64,000 bases of DNA from Eledone cirrhosa (lineage: Eukaryota), in the NCBI GenBank assembly GCA_964016885.1, contig OZ024742.1:129766001-129830000 (forward strand), read 5' to 3'. Of the stretch, positions 57,501 through 64,000 are shown in pieces. The notes beneath the pieces were generated by a model. It was given only the letters and a program-made list of their open reading frames with translations, ran no database searches and was not told the DNA's origin. The position numbers were made by a program, and so were the translations under genes. Each line of letters begins with the position of its first letter. Position 1 is the stretch's first letter.

Positions 57501-58366
57501 TGTGTGCTAAAGAGACAAATTACTAGATATAAATTACAAAGGTACCTGTGTGCTAAGGTGACAAACTAGATATAAATTACAAAGGTACCTGTGTGCTAAG
57601 GAGACAAACTAGATATAAATTACAAAGGTTCCCGTGTGCTAAGTTGACAAACTAGATATAAATTACAAAGGTACCTGTGTGCTAAGGAGACAAACTAGAT
57701 ATAAATTACAAAAGTACCTGTGTGCTAATGAGACAAACTAGATATAAATTACAAAGGTACCTGTGTGTTAAGGAGACAAACTAGATATAAATTACAAAGG
57801 TACCTGTGTGCTAAGGTGACAAACTAGATATAAATTACAAAGGTACCTGTGTGCTAAGGAAGCAAATTACTAGATATATATTACAAAGGTACCTGTGTGC
57901 TAAGGAGACAAACTAGATATAAATTACAAAGGTACCTGTGTGCTAAGGAGGCAAATTACTAGATATAAATTACAAAGGTACCTGTGTGCTAAGGAGACAA
58001 ACTAGATATAAATTACAAAAGTACCTGTGTGCTAAGGAGACAAAATAGATATAAATTACAAAGGTACCTGTGTGCTAAGGTGACAAACTAGATATAAATT
58101 ACAAAGGTACCTGTGTGCTGTGGTCACAAACTAGATATAAATTACAAAGGTACCTGTGTGCTAAGGAGACAAACTAGATATAAATTGCAAAGGTACCTGT
58201 GTGCTAAGGGGACAAATTAGATATAAATTACAAAGGTACCTGTGTGCTAAGGGGACAAAATAGATATAAATTACAAAGGTACCTGTGTGCTAAGGAGACA
58301 AACTAGATATAAATTACAAAGGTACCTGTGTGTTAAGGTGACAAATTACTAGATATAAATTACAAA
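24582..58366 (+). repeat. ~33.8-kb tandem satellite array, 43-bp monomer (~780 copies)
   Basis: Consensus GGTACCTGTGTGCTAAGG(A/T)GACAAACTAGATATAAATTACAAA: KpnI site, no CpG. There are 46-bp (aaattactag/aaattcctag) and 42-bp (caaagtacc) variants. Single orientation, no interruption seen, first few monomers degenerate. Confidence 0.98.
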
Positions 58367-58451
58367 ATATACGAAAATTATGAGAAATTTAAAAGCTTCA
58401 TTGAATCATTTTTTGTACTTCATTGAATTTGTTTACCTTTTCGTGCACCTT

Positions 58452-58817
58452 AAGGAATGCATGATGATGATGATGATCATAATCATCTAACATTTGTTTT
58501 CCCTGCTAGTAAGAGGTAGACATGTGCTGGGTATATCTGTTCTTAAAATCATTGACTATATAGTTCCTCTGAATACTTATTGTCCAGTGATATGAGAGCA
58601 GTTCTGTAAGCCACAGCCCTTAAGAGCTAGGATTCCCCTAGAAGACAACTGGTAAAGTTTCAGCATCTGCAGCTTCTGTCTACCAAATTCCCTTCATACG
58701 GCATTGAGCATATAAAAGGCTATAGTAAAAGACATTTGCCCAAGGTGCTGCACAGTGTGACCACACCGAGAATTACATGGTTGCAAAGCAAACTCCTTAA
58801 CCAAACAGCCACTCCTG
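58452..58817 (-). mobile_element. Degraded tRNA-derived SINE with RTE-type (ATC)n tail
   Basis: Tail end catcatctaacatttgttttccctgctag; head end ggctatagtaaaagacatttgcccaaggtgc...ttaaccaaacagccactcct (reverse of a tRNA/CORE-like head). Confidence 0.6.
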
Positions 58818-58974
58818 AATAGCCTGAAGTGTTAGTTACAGCTGATTATTTCTGCTGTGATACTGTTGTTTCTGCCAGTACATCTGATCTACCAGTTGTT
58901 CATAAAGTTCACTGGTCAGGTCATAAGATATCAACTGTCACAGACATCCCACAATCTACTTTTTCTTCTTTGCT

Positions 58975-59400
58975 GACTTATCTCTGGGAGGGTTGTGGGT
59001 CTGTGAGAGTCCTTAAGCATGCTTTCTCGAGGGTTCTGCCAGAAGCAGTTGTCTCCAATTGATCTGGCTGGATCCTCAAGTGAGACCAACCAAGTTCATA
59101 GATGTTATCCAACCATCTTGCTCAAGGTTTTCCACTGTGTTCCCTACCAGTTGGCTTTGCCGATAAAATCTGTTCAACGATTTTTTCTTTAAACATTCTA
59201 ACCACATATCCATAGAATCTGAGCTGTGATCTCTCAATTCAGAGAAATAGCAGCTCTACCTGGAGTGACTCCCTGATCTCTGAGTTACTTCGGAGGGTCA
59301 TATTCTTTCGGTCATTACCCAAGATCGATGACCATATGTAATGGTTGGCATGGAAATTAGATTGAAGATAGAGAGTTTGGCTTTTACACCTACTCCCTTT
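58975..59400 (-). mobile_element. Old 3' fragment of an Expander/Rex3-like RTE LINE
   Basis: Minus strand gives KAKLSIFN..PTITYGH..WVMTER, then SNSEIRESLQVE..IERSQLRFYGYVVRM..GKP*ARWLDNI, with stops and an internal deletion. Confidence 0.7.
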
Positions 59401-59716
59401 TTCTGATTCCCAAATGCTGTTTTAAAAACTATCTACACATGGGTTTGTTAATTCAAATGGTTATAGTACTATCTTCATTTGTGGACAGATTGCTGTAGAA
59501 ATTTGCAGTATTTGAGCAAAGACTTTGGTTTTTAATGTGATGCAGTCATAGTGTTGTTTTGTACTTTTCAAGAATGATTTACTAATGTGGTTTCATGTGG
59601 TTCTGGACTTTAAGAGTTAAGGACTAAATTTGTGGGAAATACTAATTAATGGTTAGGTATGTTGTGTTGACAAGTAAATTGAAGTAATGGAAGAACTCTA
59701 GAAACTAATTTAAGGG

Positions 59717-59965
59717 GATAGTTGCCCTGATATACCACTCTCCAGTTGAAAGGAAGAGATAGTTGCCATGGTGTATTACTCTCCAATTGAAAGGAAGAAA
59801 TAGTTGCCCTGGTATACCACTCTCCAGCTGAAAGGGAGAAATAATTGGCCTGGTACACCACTCTCCAGTTGAAAGAAAGAAAGAGGTAGTTGCCCTGGTA
59901 TATCACTCTCCAGTTGAAAGGAGGAGATAGTTGCCCTGGTATACCACTCTCCAGTTGAAAAGAAG
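59717..59965 (+). repeat. Minisatellite, ~6 copies of a 41-46-bp unit
   Basis: Unit approximately gatagttgccctggtataccactctccagttgaaaggaaga. Confidence 0.9.
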
Positions 59966-60809
59966 AGGACTGGGACTGCAATGTTACTGCTTTTTTCTGA
60001 TTCATCATCATTTAACTCCATTGCTCTGTTAACAAGGGTTGGATGAGTCATTATGGACCAAGCCAGTACTTAACCAGAGACATTGATTTCCCAGATGAAC
60101 TGGGGGATGGCAGGGTTATATCTTTCTTACATACGTTCCTATACACTACAAAGTATACTTGGAGTATTTTATCATAGCACCAGCACTATGGAGGCTGTCA
60201 TGTCTTTGACAAGATTGGAGAGTCATCTCAACCCATTATTTGGTAAGTTTTCAATGGTTGGATGTCCTTCATATCACCATCCACTTTTCAGAGTGTACAG
60301 GATACATTTGGGACATTAGAAATGTTGACATGCCTTGACTGAAGGACTGAATGCCTTTTTAGCATGATTATATGCAAGAAATATTGTTTGTTCACAACTT
60401 GACTTCTTTTAATTCTCTTCAATCCATGTCAACTGAGTGCAATGTACTAAATTATTACATAATAATTAGATGTGGCATAGAAATTAGAACTAATTGATAA
60501 ATTAGAACAAGGTGCCTTGGCTGCATCTGTTTCTCAAATTTATGGCATAAAAAAATAAACTGTTTACAATATATGCAAATAAAAGCCAATTTGCAAGTCT
60601 TCATTAAAATATGGTTCTATAGTGGGAGTAAAAAATACATAAACCTTGGACAAGATAGAAACATAGAAGCTGTATATAGGAAGTATTTTCAACAAAACTC
60701 TAGAAAAGTTAATTCTGAATATCCTGTACAGCATGAAACCACATTGTAAAGGTATTCTTGCTAATATGGAAAAATGTATATTAAAGAATGACAAGGATGA
60801 TGGCGATGA

Positions 60810-60980
60810 TGATCATCACCATTTAACATACTTTTTCTATGCTAACATGGGTTAGACAGCTGTCGTGTGCTGAGGCCAGACTGGTCAGGTGACTAAGTCC
60901 ATATGCTTTGTTTTGGTTTGGTTTTAGGGCTAGATGCCCTACCTAATGCCAGTCACTTTACAGTGTGCACTGGGAGCATG
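60810..60980 (-). mobile_element. Degraded SINE/RTE-tail remnant
   Basis: catcaccatttaacatac...atgctaacatgggttagac tail plus gctagatgccctacctaatgcc body motif. Confidence 0.5.
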
Positions 60981-61865
60981 CTTTCTAAAGCTGTATGATA
61001 TATATAAATATGAAATAACTGAAAACCACAGCTCTAACTTATTCAGGTTTAGCTTGCCTCCTCTAAGAGGTTTCTCAGATATTTTAAAGATAGGGGTCCC
61101 AATCCTGTCATGAAATGCAATATCAAATTAAGCATGCTCTGTCTGGTTTAGGAATTGAACTCGCAACCTTAAAGTCATGAAACCATCCCCCAAACCACTT
61201 ATTTATGCATTACCAGCAGTTACATAGATGTAAAAAAGTCTCATGTTTACAAGTAATGGCAATATTCTTAGAGGGGTATATTATAAAGTCCCTCTATTGG
61301 TTGGTTCAGATCATGTGAGTATGTTGACTTAACAACAGCCATTGTTTTCTTAGCCAATGACAATAAGAAGATATAGGCTGCTTGATGGAGCCAAAATGCC
61401 TAGCCTAAAAAAGCAGCAGGGCTGTGACATCTATTGATAGGTGGTTGACTGTAATCAGTACTCTGCATATCTGATGTCACTGCAAGGTTAATGTATACAT
61501 TTGATATATCTGATGTTGCAGTGGGATTGATGCAGATGTCATTTTAGTATACATGACAGTTTGAAGATAAAGGCTGCTTACCCTTACAAATACAGGTGGG
61601 CTAGATAGAGTTTAGGTGGTCTTTGCGGCACATCCACAGTCAGTGGCGGCAAAACATTGTGTTGGTATTCCTATTGATGGATAGTAAAGGTTGTTACAAT
61701 ATGTGTAACCTCTAACAGGCAAAGTTGACAGTTGCAACCCCCAAGGCAGTGAGGGGAAGCTCTGTTAAGGACACATCATTTAATGTTGGGAATGCTGTTT
61801 CCTTGCTCCCAGAGCCTCTAGATGAAAGAGACAAGGAGATGGAATTTTACTTGATCTGCCATCTA

Positions 61866-62078
61866 AAGGAATGCATTATCATCTAACATTTGTTTTCCCT
61901 GCTAGTAATGGTTGCACATATGCTGGGTATATCTGTCTTTGAAATTATTGACTGTAATGCCTAAATAGTTCCTCAGAACATTTACTGTCTGGTGAAGTGA
62001 GAGCGGTTCTATAAGTTGCAACCCTTAAGAGCTAGGACTTCCCTAGAAGACAACTGGTAAGGTTTCAGCAATTGCAGT
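61866..62078 (+). repeat. Diverged direct repeat of 58452-58671
   Basis: Shared blocks aaggaatgcat, atcatctaacatttgttttccctgctagtaa, tgctgggtatatctgt, cccttaagagctagga, ccctagaagacaactggtaa. Confidence 0.85.
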
Positions 62079-62759
62079 CTAATACATTTGGTGGTGCCTG
62101 TCTAGGGCTATGCTTTTCTTTTCAATTGTAGCCTGCAATGTTGCAACCTATACTATCTAGGCAAAAATGGCTGACCTCAACGTTATGGGAGTCCCAGAGT
62201 TTATGGTATTTTGAGATTGTTTGGGAAATATCATCTCATTAATTAGAAACTTCCTGTTCCTAAGCTGCCGATGATGTGGGTGATACTTTCCACACTTCTG
62301 GTACAATCAATATTTTCTATTAGAAAATGGAGGTTTGGAAAGAAATCCTTCTCTCTCTTATTGACCAGGGATGGGATATATCTATCACAGGTCCAGGAAA
62401 GGCTGCTCTTTTTGTCAATGCTGTTGGTATCCTCTAATATGAAGGATATCTACCCATTACATTTGGCTGGTACAATTCATGTTTAAGTGTATTTGTTCAA
62501 CTACTCTTGAGGCACATGGCACAATTGTACACTCAGTGTATCAGTTCAGTTTTTCATCTATTCTCAAGATGTTATTGTTTCAGTATTGAGTAACTAACTA
62601 TGCTGTGTATGGTCCTGTAACTCCTGAGGGAGTCGTAGGGAGGCCATATTGACATAGTGATTCTAGGGCATTTTTTAAAACCTACTAGAGCCCATCTCCT
62701 CTCCAGGCATGAATACAGCAGATTTCTTCCAGAGAATGATAGAAAGAGAGAGAGAGGAA

Positions 62760-62917
62760 GAATCGACCCAGTACTAGACTGGTACTTTTTTTTTTATCAA
62801 CCTTGAATGAATGAAAGGCAAAGTTAACCTCAGCAGGATTTGAACTCAGAGAGCAGAGAGCCAAAATGAATACCTGAAAGCATTCTATCCAACATTCTAA
62901 TGACTGCCAATTCACCA
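62760..62917 (-). mobile_element. tRNA-derived SINE, same family as 8729-8908
   Basis: actggtactttt...tgaaaggcaaagttaacctcagcaggatttgaactcag...actgccaattcacc. Confidence 0.7.
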
Positions 62918-63280
62918 CTTTTGAGTACATTTGTTATGTATTTGATTTTCCACTTTACTGTTCAGCAGGTGTTGTCTGGGTGATTCAATATAATATATTG
63001 AAAGGCTGTTCAGAATGGCATTTTACTTCAGCCACTACTCTTCTATTCCTCATTGATCCTGTCAGTACTGATATGACAGTTACCTATTGGGATTAGTATC
63101 TTACTAGTTTTCATATCCAAGCAACAGGTCTCATCAAGTATTCAAACTAATATTTCAAATATGTGATATAGTTTTATTGAATGCAAACATACTTCCATAC
63201 TTTTCAGTTGAAGTATTTTTGTTCACTGTGGCTTTACTCACAAATAAACTATTATTGGAATTTAAATAATAAAAATATAT

Positions 63281-63637
63281 GGAGGCACATGGCTTAGTGG
63301 TTAGAGCATTGGCCTTGCAATCGAAAGGTTGTGAGTTCAATTCTCAGACCGGGTGATGTGTTGTTTCCTTGAGCAAGACACTTTATTTCACATTGCTCCA
63401 GTTTACTCAGCTGTAGAAATGAGATGATAGGGACTGGGGTCCCTATCATCTCATTTCTACTCATTCCACTGCAAAGTGATCGTGGAGGTACCATGGCAAA
63501 AAAGCACCCAGCACTCACTATAAATGAGGTTGGTGTTAGGAAGGGCATCCATCTGTAGAAATCAAGCCAGAATCAGTTCCTGTCCCACCCTTGCAAGCAG
63601 AGAAAAGCAGACGTAAAATGATGATGATGAAGATGAT
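63281..63637 (+). mobile_element. Full-length tRNA-derived CORE-type SINE with RTE-derived 3' tail
   Basis: A-box tggcttagtgg, B-box gagttcaattc, CORE-like ccttgagcaagacacttta, body ggttggtgttaggaagggcatcc, and tail gtcccacccttgcaagcag...acgtaaaat(gat)n shared with LINE copy 1. Confidence 0.85.
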
Positions 63638-64000
63638 ATGTTGAACTTTAGAAAAGTCTTACATATTTTTACTGTTCCACTTACTAATTGTATTTGTAAA
63701 TTGTGTGCTAGTTTGTAAATTTCTTTGCCTGAAAACCCTACCTTTTCCATATTGCCACTGAAACATTTAACATAAATAAGAGCACCATAGTGAATTTATA
63801 ATCTGAATATAGAAGCTGGAGATTTCAAAGCAATAATTGTCTGTAATTAATCACTTTCTAGCTGATTTTAGATGTTGACACCAGCAAAGTCCTCCATAAC
63901 AGTACATAATCTTTCTTTTTTGGCTCAAACAACTATATCAGGCTTTTTTTGTTTGCACTTAGCAGATGTTTTGATGGGAATGTTCCACCAATATTCCTTG

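Noticed and set aside
24582-58366. Satellite as a CRISPR array
   Set aside because: Monomers are contiguous with no unique spacers, there are no cas genes, and the context is eukaryotic.
24582-58366. Minus-strand monomer reads tttgtctccttagcacacAG|GTacct, resembling repeated recursive splice sites
   Set aside because: GTACCT is a weak donor and there is no evidence of a host transcript; it cannot be supported from sequence alone.
61290-61560. CCAAT-like boxes suggesting a promoter
   Set aside because: Short motifs expected by chance, with no linked exon, CpG island or transcript evidence.

Overview
Repeat-dominated eukaryotic DNA with no supportable host protein-coding gene. The (TA)n/(CA)n tracts, RTE LINEs with (GAT)n tails and tRNA-derived SINE families resemble those of octopus/cephalopod genomes; this is inference, not proof. 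Bases 1-24.5 kb are a nest of mobile elements: a CRE-type RLE retrotransposon fragment, two decayed RTE LINEs with a PHD-type zinc finger inside the RT domain, a DD37D (maT) Tc1/mariner, a foldback MITE, SINEs, and a nearly complete Naiad-like Penelope element with ~1.7-kb pseudo-LTRs. The 11-19 kb region holds at least eight hammerhead ribozyme motifs from about four sequence families. The most notable item is a non-coding, retrozyme-like element at 18011-18968. It has a 595-nt unit bounded by two identical-core hammerheads carrying the rare compensatory C3U/G8A core (UUGAUAA), plus a Penelope-style 5' inversion. Bases ~24.6-58.4 kb are one ~33.8-kb array of a 43-bp KpnI satellite with nested higher-order duplications. 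Bases 58.4-64 kb contain old SINE/LINE remnants, a minisatellite and a perfect 22-bp hairpin. All alignments, translations and folds were done by eye; no searches were run.
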